A stretch of 64,000 bases of DNA from Octopus sinensis (taxonomy: Eukaryota), in assembly GCF_006345805.1 (NCBI RefSeq), contig NC_043012.1, forward strand, positions 10,354,001-10,418,000. Direction: 5' to 3'. Shown here piece after piece: positions 13,545 to 26,727 of this stretch. The notes under the pieces are model-generated. The model had not been told where the DNA came from. It ran no database searches and saw nothing but the letters and a program-made list of their open reading frames with translations. The number at the start of each line of letters is the position of its first letter. Positions within the stretch are counted from its first letter, which is position 1. Both the position numbers and the translations under genes were made by a program.

Positions 13545-13565
13545 AGTAATGATAATGATAATAAA

Positions 13566-13630
<65 letters not shown>

Positions 13631-13734
13631 CTACAATTGTAATGATAATGATTATTTTTATTATCATTATCATCCATTTTATTGTTGTTCGTACAGTTGT
13701 AGTTTTTCTTCTACTTCTTTTTCTTCTTCTTCTT

Positions 13735-13780
<46 letters not shown>

Positions 13781-13815
13781 TATTATTATTATTATTATTG
13801 CTGTTGTTGTTATTA
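13545..13815. repeat. compound (AAT)n/(ATT)n microsatellite with embedded ~115-bp unique core
   Basis: Direct inspection; core 13622-13740 is duplicated at 20234-20354. Confidence 0.9.
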
Positions 13816-14140
13816 TTGTTGACTGCTCCAATAACTTTATCCAGTGAAAACGATTTAAAAAAGAAAATCAACGAATGAAATGGAAAACAAATATTGAAAA
13901 TATTGAAAGATAACTGTGTCAGTAACGCTTGCTAAATATATTGACCATTATCTGAAATTATTTTGCATTTCATAAATATAAAGCGAGACAGATCGGATAC
14001 AATGTGTTCCCATGTCGAAGTAAATAACGAAAATACGTTTCTTAATAATAGTAATCATATAGCACTTCTATTATGCATACAACGAGGAAAGACCCATTCG
14101 GCCCCAAATTAAACGTTGTATACTTAATTGGCATGTCGTT

Positions 14141-14193
<53 letters not shown>

Positions 14194-14246
14194 GTAGTAG
14201 TAGTAGTAGTGGTAATAGTAGTAGTAGTAGTAATAGTAATAGCGAT

Positions 14247-14769
14247 GATGAACAAAACACCTATGTTTCAACATATTCAACCCCAAACAATTTCTCCCAA
14301 CACATGGCTATGACGCAACCCCAGTACTTCTGCTCTCGTGATCAGAAATTGCACATATTGTCAGCCACTAAGTGACAAACTCCGCTGGTTAACGTCAGGC
14401 AATTGACAAGTACGTCTGTGGGCAGAAACGTTAGCGCGCCGGGCGAAATGCTTAGCGGTATTTCGTCTGCGTTATGTTGTGAGTTCAAATTCCGCCGAGG
14501 TCGACTTTGCCTTTCATCCTTTCGGGGTCGATAAATTAAGTACCAGTTACGCACTGGGGTCGATGTAATCGACTTAATACCTATGTCTGTCTGTCTTTGT
14601 TTGTCCCCTCTGTGTTTAGCCCCTTGTGGGTAATAAAGAAATAGGTATTGAGCAGAATATTTGATGCGGCCCATATTTTTACACCAAGACAAAACAATGT
14701 ACATGATAACACTTCCGATCAGTGAAGATCAGAAGCTATCAGAATCACTGCTCGGTACTGCATCAGGGC
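14247..14769 (-). mobile_element. ~555-bp non-coding element (family N), 3'-truncated, interrupted by SINE B
   Basis: Collinear with 20471-21024 on both sides of the SINE at 14421-14644. Confidence 0.85.
14421..14644 (+). mobile_element. SINE family B nested in family N element
   Basis: GGCAGAAACGTTAGC...GAGTTCAAATTCC...AAAGAAATAG; homologous to 41583-41815. Confidence 0.9.
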
Positions 14770-15010
14770 TTCTTCTTCTTCTTCTTCTTCTTCTTCTTCT
14801 TCTTCTTCTTCTTCTTCTTCTTCTTCTTCTTCTTCTTCTTCTTCTTCTTCTTCTTCTTCTTCTCTTCTTCTTCTTCTTCTTCTTCTTCTTTTCTTCTTCG
14901 TCTTCTTCTTCTTCTTCTTCTTCTTCTTCTTCTTCTTCTTCTTCTTCTTCTTCTCTTCTTCTTCTTCTTAATATTATTATTATTATTATTATTATTATAT
15001 TATTATTATT
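14768..15010. repeat. (TTC)n then (ATT)n microsatellite
   Basis: Direct inspection. Confidence 0.95.
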
Positions 15011-15169
15011 ACTATTTTATATTATTTTTTTCCTTCTTTCTTCAAATTTTCTTCCGTTTCTCGCCGACATTTTTCCGTACACCTAGGGCAGAGAAGTTCA
15101 TTGTATGCATTCCCAGATTATACACGCAAATTCACAGGTAAAATATGTATTTAAAAAATAAATAAATAA

Positions 15170-15625
15170 ATAAATTTATGAATGGACGTTATTTTCACAG
15201 CGATTTTCACAGCGATAGTGCTCTTCTCAGTACATGAACCGTTCCAGGTAACACGATTCTTTGCACTTCCTGGTATCATTTTCAAATAGGTTTCAGTACA
15301 TTTTTTTAATCATTTCTAGAGATCCTACAATGACGGGTACTGTAGTCGCCTTGAGATGCCTTATTTTTTTCAATTTCTATTAGCAAGTCTTTAGATTTAC
15401 TAATCTTGTCAAATTCTTTCGCCGCTATATTGTGATCGCAAGGAATACTCATGTCAATTAATAAACACATCTTTTTTGTCGGATCTTTTATATATAATAT
15501 CTGATATAATAATATCCGGTTTATTAGCTTTTATATTTTTGTCGGTATGTACGGATAAGTCCCATAGAATCGACACATTTTCTCCCTCAGTCACAGCTTC
15601 AGGATGGTGTTTATACCATTTGTCA
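15170..15625 (-). mobile_element. 5'-truncated R4/Dong-type non-LTR retrotransposon 3' end (restriction-like endonuclease)
   Basis: WYKHHPEAVTEGENVSILWDLSVHTDKNIKANKPDII then LIDMSIP...KEFDKISK in a shifted frame; 5' end abuts (AAT)n. Confidence 0.85.
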
Positions 15626-15631
15626 GCGGTT

Positions 15632-15696
<65 letters not shown>

Positions 15697-15744
15697 CATT
15701 ATTATTATTAATATTATTATTATTATATTATTATTATTATATTA

Positions 15745-16172
15745 AAACTCACCGTTTACCTTGATGAGTATGATGGAAAGTGTCATCTGTCCACAGCCAG
15801 CAGACTAAGGGGGCACTTGTTTACTGGTCATGCTCCAAGAACCCTGCGAAAAATTCTTGCAGCTCCAAGCAATGCTGATTTTTGTAGATGTTCTACCTTC
15901 ACACTTACACCGATCATTTTTAAGCCTTGCTGGTTGTTGATTGCTGATACTTCCAAATGCACCAATTACTATTGGTATCACGTCTACTCTCTTCATTGAC
16001 GACAACCTTCTTATTTCACACTTTAAGTCGTCATAGTTGTTTCTTTTTTCTTCATTTATGTTGATCATGTGGTCACCAGGACATGCTATGTCGATTATTG
16101 TACTTGTTTTTTTGTTTTTTATTCACCACAACAATGTCCGGTTTCCTATTCATTGGACTCTAGCATGCCATA
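15745..16172 (-). mobile_element. 5'-truncated R4/Dong-type element 3' end
   Basis: IIDIACPGDH...EEKRNNYDDLKCEIRRL...VIPIVIGAFG...LQKSALLG; flanked on both sides by (AAT)n; 3' UTR shared with 59570-59635. Confidence 0.85.
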
Positions 16173-16216
<44 letters not shown>

Positions 16217-16520
16217 GAGTGAGCGAGCAGTTCATGCCATCAAAGTGACACTGGGGTAAAATATACGAAGCCCAATATACCCATCATGACTACCCGTCTG
16301 ATAAAGGTACACCAGGCACATGCATCACAACCATATGTGCGCGACATGGTGATCTCATATCAAGATAAACAGCACATGACCTTGCAGGTGGGGCCCAGTT
16401 AGAATTTTCTTCAGGTTGAGTAGCTCATCCCGCTCAAAAGGTCCCTGAATAAGGGTTGCTTTAGGATGTTGAACGAAACACCTATGTTTCCAGAGGTGAA
16501 CCATTCAAACTCCAAACTCC
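16217..16520 (-). mobile_element. family N element, 5'-truncated
   Basis: High identity to 20720-21024; terminal CTCACTC followed by (AAT)n on the minus strand. Confidence 0.9.
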
Positions 16521-16546
16521 AAAGATGAACCATTCAAACTCCAAAG

Positions 16547-16602
<56 letters not shown>

Positions 16603-17132
16603 CATTATTATTATTATCAACATTATTATTATTATTATTATCATCATTATCAACATTATTATTATTATCGTTATTATTATTATTGCTGTTGTTGTTGTTG
16701 TTGTTGTTCTTCTCGATGTCCTTGTTGATCTTGTTCTTGTTGTTGCTGATCCCCTGCTGTTATTGTTGTTGTTGTATAATTACATGCGATGACAAAGAGG
16801 TATACTTCTCCTTTAGAGAGGAAGCCTCTAAGATGAGTGTACATAGGATGATATTGCTGCGGATATATACTTTTAACAAAGACAATATGAGCCTTCCCTC
16901 AAAGCCTCTAATCATAGGTGTGTGTTATGAAAATTAACTGCGCGTTAAAAAGCAAGAACTTCATGACTTCAGGTATACTGATTAACACTCTATTGAAGCA
17001 ATACTTACGATAAATTTCTAATTGACACCTGGGGATGTTGATTAATTTTCACTATTCACTGTTATCTACTTGGGATTGGTAGTACGTTAATAATAAACGC
17101 TTTTAAAAGGCGAGTTTCTATTTCAGAAGTAA

Positions 17133-17133
17133 T

Positions 17134-17169
<36 letters not shown>

Positions 17170-17273
17170 CGACGACGACGATGATGACGAGATACGACGA
17201 TGACGACGGCAATGATGGTGGTGGTGGCGATGATGATGGTGGTGGTGATGATGGTGGTGGTGGTGGTGGTGGA

Positions 17274-17304
<31 letters not shown>

Positions 17305-17530
17305 ATGATGATGATACTGATGATGATGATGATGAGGAGGAGGATGATGATGATGATGACGACAACGACAATGATAGCGACAACGGGGAACATGGGGATG
17401 ACGGTACTGGTTCTGGTGGTGGGTAATGATTATGATGACAATGACCACGACGACGGCGACGATGATATCGATCTCAGTGGTGATAGCAACAACAGAGATG
17501 GTGTTGTGCATGATGATGATGATGATTACA
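17133..17530. repeat. compound (GAT)/(GAC)/(GGT) trinucleotide microsatellite
   Basis: Direct inspection; source of the poly-D/M/G/H ORFs. Confidence 0.95.
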
Positions 17531-18936
17531 AACATAGTCACCATAACTATGCGGATGGTTGTCTCTGATAATGAATTATAAGAAACCAGAAAACGATAAA
17601 CTAACAAGAGAAACAATTGGCATCATTCTCTTGAAATTCTTTATCTTTTTATTAATTCTATTGCGAAGTCACTTTTATTCCCCCTTGGGCCATTTTCTTT
17701 GAAGTTCCATCCGATGTTCAACAAACTCGAAGTCATGAAGGAAAGTGTTATTTCTTCAAACGACATCATACATATTACAGACACAAAATGCGTCCACACA
17801 CAAGCTCACCTGCTCAGTCATACACGCAAGCACACAAACACACACACACAAGCACACGCCACACACACGCATGCACACAGACACACAGAGACTTATACGT
17901 ACGCAAATACACACGTATATTCGATATAGCTTTACCCTCACACGCATCGCACATTTTTCAATGAATTTCCACAATAATGAATGCCAAGGCTATAAAAAAA
18001 AACTGCATCAATTTCCCAATTATGTCGAATTAGCTGATAATCACCTCGAACACGCAGTAGTTGTTTTAAATGATTTATTCTTGTTGTTGAATATTTTGTA
18101 GAAATAACTGCGCTGGTTTCAGTCCAACGCATTATTGTATTCGAAAATATCTGTTAAAGTGTAAAATCCGTTTTTCCTTTGCTATATTCAGTCTCTAATT
18201 CCGATTCATTTCTCTTATCGGCGTTTCTCTACATTTGACTGCATCTTAAACTCTACCACCTCTCCCTCCCTTTACTTTTCTGAATGCATGTGTGTGCATG
18301 TGTGTGTGCATGTGTCTGTTTCTTTCTCTCTCTCTTTCTTTAGCGACCTCGATACACAAACACACACACGCACACACACACACATACAAACACACACACA
18401 CACACACACACAACACACACACACACACACACATACACAGACACACTAATGTCTCGATATATGCGAGTTAATTCGATCTTGAAGGTCGCTCATAGAGCGA
18501 AAACTCGTAAATAGGGGCAATGATTTCCCATCGTAGCAATGTTATCAATTGCAATTCGTTCCCAGATAAATATTTTTACCTATAAAATTTATAATACTCG
18601 TAAATAAATGGCAATTAAATAACAGTAGAATGTAAAGAATATTTTATGTAAAGTAAAAAGAATGTCAAGATCATGTATAATACAAAATATTATTATAATC
18701 GTTTTCTGAATTATTTCAATCGCTCTAGATTCGCGCGCACTATCACTTGTAAACGTGATCGCAGATTCACAAGCACTCACAGACGGACTTGTGGATTTCT
18801 TTCTTAAAAAAGTCTAGATTTCTGTTTTTTTTTGTATTCTAGATATACATAAATAGATCGATAGACAGATAGATAGATACATACATACATGCATACGTAC
18901 GTACATGGATAGATAGATAGATAGATACCCAGATAG

Positions 18937-18986
<50 letters not shown>

Positions 18987-19005
18987 GGGGGATAGATAGA
19001 TTGAA

Positions 19006-19036
<31 letters not shown>

Positions 19037-19429
19037 CAGACAGACAGAGATAGACAGACACATATATATTTATATTGCTCCAGTGTATTGTCATAATTAA
19101 CATATTAATATTGCGCAGAGCCGTTGATGTTTATGAGGGAAAAGATAAAGCTTTGCGCAATATTGCGTTAGTGACCACATAGTAATATAGTCAGATTCTG
19201 TTCAATCTCAGTTTACGTGGCGTTTAAGAACTTTCGACAAGTCAATATTTAAAAACCATGCGCGTGTACCTCGTTTGGTTCGATCATATATAGCAATACA
19301 TAAAATGTAATAAATAGCTAGCGTTATGGAAGCATATTTTCGAAGAAAAAGGAAAATAATTGCAACAATTTATATACAAAAGTCACATTGGTCTTCGTAT
19401 AGAATATAGAAAGAAAACCTTTGTCAAGG

Positions 19430-19920
19430 AGAGCGTGTACATATATCCAGCATACAGTATCGTCTTAGTTATTCTTAATGCAGTATTATTGTGAAATAAC
19501 AAAGTAAGAAAATTGAAATCCGATGTATGTTGTAAAAGAATGTACGAAGCTGGCCTGAAAGGAATGCAAAAGAAGACACAATAATTTCGCAAGAATGATT
19601 CATTTGCAGCTCTATGGAGAGTACTTGGTATTGTATGGGCAAACCTCAGTAGGAATAACAGAAAATGGTAAAGTAAATATACTGTGCGATGTAATAAACC
19701 AATGTGACTATTAATTTTACTATCAAGAACCAAATATAATGATTGTGAATAAGGAAGGGAAACCCTATGTTATCATAGATAATGATTACATGCACTATGT
19801 TGACAGACTATCGGAAAGAGAAGAAGAGAAGCAGATCCCATACGATGATTTAAAACGGGAGATAAAAGAACTGTGGTCAATGAACAATGTGAAAGTTATT
19901 TCTGGAGTTCTGGAGATATA
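19430..19920 (+). mobile_element. degenerate R4/Dong-type element 3' fragment
   Basis: KRRHNNFARMIHLQL...ENGKVNILCDV...IVNKEGKPYVIID...EREEEKQIPYDDLKREIKELWSMNNVKVI, across frameshifts. Confidence 0.7.
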
Positions 19921-20115
19921 CGTATGTAACTCATAAACTGGATAGCAATAAATATCTACGTAAATCCTCCGCATGAATCCTCCGCAAAATTCTATAAATC
20001 TGAATGAAGAATATACCCTTAACACAATGGCTGTAAAGAGCTGATACTTTGTTACATAATCCAGCTAAGATGCATGTTAAAAAAGCAAAAACAACATCAA
20101 TAATAATAATAATAA

Positions 20116-20146
<31 letters not shown>

Positions 20147-20183
20147 AAGAAGAAGATGATGATGATGATGATGATGATGATAA

Positions 20184-20242
<59 letters not shown>

Positions 20243-20391
20243 CTACAATTGTAATGATAATGATTATTTTTATTATCATTATCATCCATTTTATTGTTGT
20301 TCGTACAGTTGTAGTTTTTCTTCTATTTCTTCTTTTTCTTCTTCTTCTTCTCATTATAATAATAATAATAATAATAATAGTAATAATAATG

Positions 20392-20465
<74 letters not shown>

Positions 20466-20470
20466 ATAAA

Positions 20471-21024
20471 TGCCCTGATGCAGTACCAGGCAGTGGCTCT
20501 CATGGCTTCTGATCTTAACTGATTGGAAGTGTTATCATGTACATTGTTTTGTCTTGTATAAAAGATGGGCTACAGCAAATATTCTGCTCAATGCCACAGA
20601 TTTGCTTGTCAGTTGTTTGACCTTAACCAGTTGAGCATGTCCCTTAGTGGCTGACGATATGTGCATCTCTGATCACGAGCAGAAGTAGTGGGGGAGCATC
20701 ATAGCCATGTGTTGAGAAGGATTCTTTGGGGTTTGAATAATTCACCTCTGGAAACATGGGTGTTTCGTTCAATGTCCTTAAACAACCCTTATTCAGGGAC
20801 ATTTTGAGCGGGATGGGTTACTCGATCTGAAGAAAATTCTAACTGGGCTCCACCTGCAAGGTCATGTGCTGTTTATCTTGATATGAGATCACCATGTCGC
20901 GCACATATGGTTGTGATGCATGTGCCTGGTGTACCTTTATCAGACGGGTAGTCATGATGGGTATACTGGGCTTCGTATATTTTACCCCAGTGTCACTTTG
21001 ATGGCATGCTCTGCTCGCTCACTC
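20471..21024 (+). mobile_element. ~555-bp non-coding element (family N), apparently complete, in (AAT)n
   Basis: Three copies in window; (AAT)n in the same orientation on both sides; no ORF and no tRNA head recognised. Confidence 0.85.
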
Positions 21025-21090
<66 letters not shown>

Positions 21091-21265
21091 TCGGGGTACA
21101 CTGAAAAAGGATACTGAGAGCAGAATACTGGCAACGCAAGACCCATCTTTAACCACAAATTGGAGGGTGAATTAAGGAAAGTATTATTTGAAAAGAAAAT
21201 ATAGCATGGTGACATAGACGACAGGTAGGACGCCCACTACGCATGCAAGACTGAAGGAGTTCCAA
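21091..21265 (+). mobile_element. degenerate R4/Dong-type fragment (pre-zinc-knuckle region)
   Basis: GTLKKDTESRILATQDPSLTTN resembles the LKxETExxIxAAQDQxLxT motif; starts directly after (AAT)n. Confidence 0.5.
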
Positions 21266-21299
21266 CACAACCTGAGTAAAAAGAATCATTACCATTATT

Positions 21300-21692
21300 A
21301 TTGTTATTGTTTTGCTTCTAAGAACGTTCGGTCATGTTTGTTCTGGTAGATACTGTGAGAGCGGACGGCAGCCTGTTGTGAGATGTCTCACGGGGTTTCT
21401 TTCAGCACATTTTAAGCTTTGATACTTAGCTGTTAATTATCCTGCGAGGCATCCAACATCTAAGTATCAATCACGAAATCTTAGCTGCCTCCCCCCCCCC
21501 AACAGAACAACTTTTGGGGGTTTTTTTGTCTTTCTCTGCTCTCGTGTTAATTCCGATTTCTTTGACATATTTCTCGAACTTGGTTGTTAGTGCTCCGAGT
21601 GCCCCTACAATTACTGGAATGACAGACATTCTATCCATAGTCCACATTTTTGCAATTTCATCTTGTCGAAGTCTGTACTTTTCAACTTTTTC
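21300..21692 (-). mobile_element. degenerate R4/Dong-type 3' end, cut by a mariner end
   Basis: EKVEKYRLRQDEIAKMWTMDRMSVIPVIVGALGALTTKFEKY; 3' end runs into AAT-like repeat. Confidence 0.75.
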
Positions 21693-21694
21693 TA

Positions 21695-22035
21695 ATGGGT
21701 TTGCAAGAAAGTAATTTCGTTTTTTAGTGTGAAATAAACCTCATTTATTTTCATACAATAAATGAACTTTAATCGATTATATAGTTTCCATTTTGTTCGA
21801 TGACCTTTTGCTATCTTTCTAGCAACTTCATGATTCCGCATTCATAGAACTTCTGGTCCTTATCAGCCAAAAACTGAAGCAAGTGCAATTGTAGGTCATC
21901 ATCATTATTAAAAGTTTTACCATTGAAAGAATTTTGCAAACTTCGAGACAAATGGTAATCTAAAAATACAAGGTCAGGGCTATATGTTACATGTGACATC
22001 ACTTCCCAACCAAGCACCAATAATTTTTTACAAGT
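21695..22035 (-). mobile_element. mariner (DD34D) 3' fragment with right TIR
   Basis: LGWEVMSHVTYSPDLVFLDYHLSRSLQ...KFYECGIMKLLER (YSPDL motif); TIR-like end ATGGGTTTGCAAGAAAGTAATT next to TA. Confidence 0.85.
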
Positions 22036-22157
22036 TAGCAGTCTAGGTACATAGTGTCTGTCAGTATCGCTTTTGGTGGTGTAATTATTAATTGTCATCA
22101 TTTATCTAGTTTTCCTGTCAATTTCCTCAAGTAATTATTATTATTAGTATAATTATA

Positions 22158-22212
<55 letters not shown>

Positions 22213-22215
<3 letters not shown>

Positions 22216-22417
22216 GTTTGACTTTTGCTTTACATTTGCAGAAGCTGGCTCCAAGTCTCACCCAGAGACCTCAAGAGACAACAAGTTGGAAGTTCATATT
22301 GGTGTTATGCCTAGGGTGCCATATATTTGGTTTTGTACTTAGTGTTGTACTAGTGAATGCCTAAAAGACCATACGAAAATTATGTTTGTTTTAAAACTTG
22401 AGATTACAAAGAAAGCA
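22213..22417 (-). mobile_element. probable LINE 3'-UTR remnant between (AAT)n arrays
   Basis: Non-coding ~200 bp flanked by (AAT)n in the same orientation; R4-type assignment is inferred from context only. Confidence 0.45.
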
Positions 22418-24436
22418 TTATTATTATTATTACCAGATATTTTGTAAAAAAATCATGCTGAAATTATGTCTTTTGATGGCTACTGCAACTCTTGCTATCT
22501 TGAAAAAAAATACAACTCTGAAAACTTTTGTCAAATTGATGAATATTGATTAAGGTTGATAAATATCTAATTATGATTTTGGCACAAGGCAAACAATTTT
22601 GACTGAAATGTTTAGTCTATAACATTGACACAGAAAGAATGAAAGGCGCAGTTGACATTGGCGAGTCACAAATTTAGAAGTTTGAAGCTAGAAAATTCTT
22701 AGTCCAATTAAGAATTATAAAATAAATAAAACATGTTTTTCAATATTTTATATAGCGGGAACTCTAACTAATGGAAACTTGCTTAAGTTATGAATCAAAT
22801 TCAGATACGGATAAAAAAGAAGACAAAATGTTTTGAAATATCTAGACAAAATTCCAAAATATTCTGAAGAAACAATGGATAGAATTACTTCATTGCCAAT
22901 AAATCGCATGGCGCCAAAGTGTTGAAGAAAACTAGAGTGAAAGCTAACAATGGCTAAAATTTTCTGTGGATAGAAATACGGAGAGAATACCAGAGTTTTG
23001 ATGCAGAGCACCAATACCTCGCATAAAGAATTGTAAAAAAGAAGCATCGCAATATTAAAATGAAAATATTGTAACCAGTAGAAAAAGATACGTAACATTA
23101 TTTCTGGTTGCCAAAATTCGGCAATGATTGATGTCTTTCTATCTGTCCTTCTCTTTCTCTGTCTGTCTGTTTGTCTCTCTCTCTCTCTTTCTGTCTCTGT
23201 CTGTTTGTCTCTCTCTCTCTCTCTTTCTGTCTATGTCTGTCTATCTCTCCGTCTCTGTCTTTCTGACTCTCTGTCTCTCTCTGTCTCTCATCTCTCTGTC
23301 TCTCTTTCTCTTGAACATACACACACACGTGCACGCACTCTAACGCATACACACAGAGACACACATGCACACAAGTACAAACACAGACACGCACGCAAGT
23401 ACACACACAGACACGCATATGTAATTGTTTCAGAAGCTGTGTCCACAGAATTATAAACCAATCCTTCAAAGTCAAAATGAATATGGAGTAACATAAGAAT
23501 TCATCAAATACGATAATAAAATTAATCCACATCGACAAGGAGCTCAAAACAAAATATCCAAATATAACAATCAAAATGTTCGTAACCTGAACCACATTTT
23601 GTAACATGGACCACATTACGTAACCTGAACCACATTTCCTAACCTGAAGCTGAATTCCATTAAAGTAAACTATTGTCTTGAAGGGCGTGGAGATGTCACA
23701 GGACGAGGATCTAAAAATTGAACAAGAATTTTTAATAATTTGAATATTTGGTGTGATAAATAAAGGGACACAATGGGTAGGGAATATTCAAGGGGCGTAA
23801 CATTACACAACACATTATAAAAGGTGGCTCTGGTTGACACAATCTTCTTCATAGTCATGGTATCTTTAGCTAATAGCACACTCCTTACACATTAAATATG
23901 CTATATAGTATATAGTATATACGAACATCACCCAATAAAATTACGTAACTCATACAACACTACATAATAGAATCCACACCAAGCAATATAACACAAAACA
24001 TACACCTTTTATCATTCACCGATGTTAGCTAAACGTTCTTATATGAGAGATATCGAAAAAAAAAACAAGAAAAATATATAATTTAAAGTCGGCGCCTCTG
24101 AGCATAGCCGAAACGAAAGACAACATCAAAATAGATAACACAACTCAAATGGTACAAAGTGCACGAGAGAGAGGAACGATATATAAAAAGTATGAGAAGA
24201 AACGACAAAACAGAGGCCACAATGGTGTATTAAGTTATGTCTAATACGAAGACAGCACTATAGCCTTGGGATATTATGGTGCGCAGACTTCTTCGGTAAG
24301 ACGCTGATGATGGTGATGCAACTAGCGCAGCAGTAGAGGCTCTCAGGAAACAGCTGAGCACAGGATGATAAAGAAGAATAGGAGTGTAGACAAGTGGAGA
24401 AAATACATCAAGAAGAAAAGATATGAAAGAAAGGGA

Positions 24437-24495
24437 TAATAATAATAATATTGATGATGATGATAATAATAACAATAATAATAATAATAATAATA

Positions 24496-24546
<51 letters not shown>

Positions 24547-24820
24547 TTATTATTATTATTATTATTTATTATTATTATTATATTATGATTATTATTATTA
24601 TCATTATTATTATTATCATTATTATTATTATCATTATTATTATTATTATTATCTTATTATTATTATTATTATTATTATCATTATTATTATTATCATTATT
24701 ATTATTATTATCATTATTATATTATTATCATTATTATTATTATTATTATTATCATTATTATTATTATTATTATTATCATTATTATTATTATTATCATTAT
24801 TATCATTATTATCATTATTA

Positions 24821-24863
<43 letters not shown>

Positions 24864-24905
24864 CCTTATTATCATTATTATCATTATTATTATTATCATC
24901 CTCAA
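24437..24905. repeat. compound (AAT)n/(ATT/ATC)n microsatellite
   Basis: Direct inspection. Confidence 0.95.
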
Positions 24906-24920
24906 TATTTTTATCATCTC

Positions 24921-25542
24921 TGACTGCCCAATCCTGGCTAAGAAGGAATATATTCACAGATATGACAGAGTTGGAACCTACATACACTGGAAGCTATGCC
25001 AACATTATGGAATAACAACAGAAAAAAGATGGTATAGGCACACACCAGAAAAGGTCACAGAAAACGAGAAAGCAACCATACTCTGGGATATGCTGATACA
25101 CACAGATAGAGAAATTAAGGCCAACCGACCAGATATAGTTGTCAGAGATATGGAAGAAAAAAATGCTTTCTAATTGATGTATCTATACCGGCAGATGAGA
25201 ACGTGTCTCTAAAAGAAATGGAGAAACTCTCAAAATACAAAGACCTGGAAATAGAGATAACCAGAATGTGGAATCTAAAAACAGAAACAATCCCTATCAT
25301 AGTAGGTGCATTAGGCATGGTAAAAACATATTCAGACAAATACGTAACAAAAACACCAGGACTTACCAACACATATAACATACAGAAAATTGCACTACTA
25401 GGCACTGCACACATCCTACGCAGAACACTTTTCATACAATAACCATCAGAGCATCACAACAAATCACAGCACATACCCAAGGCACACAGAGCTGCGCTCG
25501 GTAGTGAAGTGAAAGCACGCTATAAAAATAAAACTACTGAAT
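24921..25542 (+). mobile_element. best-preserved R4/Dong-type 3' end (zinc-knuckle tail plus PD-(D/E)xK endonuclease)
   Basis: CPILAKKEYIHRYDRVG...ILWDMLIHTDREIKANRPDIV...LIDVSIPADENVSLKEMEKLSKYKDL...IQKIALLGTAHILRRTL (one frameshift), 3' UTR, then (AAT)n. Confidence 0.92.
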
Positions 25543-25650
25543 AATGATAATAATAATGATAATAATAATAATAATAATTAGAAGAGGAAGAAGAAGAAAA
25601 AGAAGAAGAAGAAGAAGAAGAAGAAGAAGAAGAAGAAGAAGAAGAAGAAG

Positions 25651-25682
<32 letters not shown>

Positions 25683-26446
25683 GAACAAGAACGAGAACAA
25701 GAACAAGAACAAGAAGCAGAAGAAGAAAACCTGGAGACGTTGAGACGTTTTACACCGCAGGATATTTGAGATATTTCACCGGGGGCTATATAAAATTAGT
25801 GTGAACAAGAAAATAAAATAAAGAATAAAATCAATATGAATATTAAAATATTTCATGAAAAGTGTTGAAAAACAATTACGTAATATACGGTAATTGTATT
25901 GATCCGAATATTATTAAATGTTTTACAATTTGTTATTCATTTTAACATAGAAGTGTGGGAATATTTGTATACATTGACCAGACAACATAGTTGTAGATTC
26001 TATTGTGAATGTAGTTGGATTTGGAAAAGACTGGGCAATTATACATGTCTAATTGTATTGTCGGGTGCAGATTATGCACCAGATATCACCATCGTCTTTT
26101 TGTCGTGTGAGCCTAGTATTTGGATCTGGGTAGCTGATATGAAGTTTTTTTTGTATTTACTCTTGAGTTGGTGTAGAATTTCTCGAATAGCTTCCTTGCA
26201 TTATCACTAAGAGATAAGGATGAAAATATTTCACAAGTATCATATGATTTAGCAAAATGTGTTCTTGAGAAAATCGGCACAAGCAGAGCTCATAACACCA
26301 GCCACACTTGCTACTAACAGTCAATATTCATACAATAGTACATGTTGATCAAATTTCACCCGAAGGAAAGCATCTCTCGTCAGTCCTATTAACAGTGCTA
26401 TTCATTCATCACTTCACTTTGCCATAACTTGGTATTAACTTAACAG

Positions 26447-26519
26447 GACTTGGCGAAACACCGCAAGTCACCAATATTTGGGCAGGAACACCATCCCTAC
26501 AAAAACGACGTATCACTCT
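26447..26519 (+). CDS. candidate internal exon of unidentified host gene
   Basis: attaacttaacag| ... CT|GTATGT. Open frame (G)LGETPQVTNIWAGTPSLQKRRIT; phase 1 in matches the 6967-7042 exon. Confidence 0.3.
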
Positions 26520-26727
26520 GTATGTATGCTGAACCGACGCAATTTATAGCACTTCCATATCGCCTAAACTTATCATGAAACGACAATTCCTTTTCCTGTC
26601 AATAGCTCTGCTAGACCAAGTATTTCTGGAAATTGATCACATTTCTGGAAGTATTTCTGGAAGTTGATCACATGTTTCAGTAGCACAATAGCCTGTCTAA
26701 CCTAAGCCAGTTGACCCAATTGTGCAT

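Noticed and set aside
19383-19733. 116-aa minus-strand ORF
   Set aside because: Antisense to the degenerate R4-type fragment on the plus strand.
23098-23616. 172-aa hydrophobic ORF resembling a membrane protein
   Set aside because: More than half is (GT)n/(GA)n repeat, and the rest is AT-rich hydrophobic bias with no motif.
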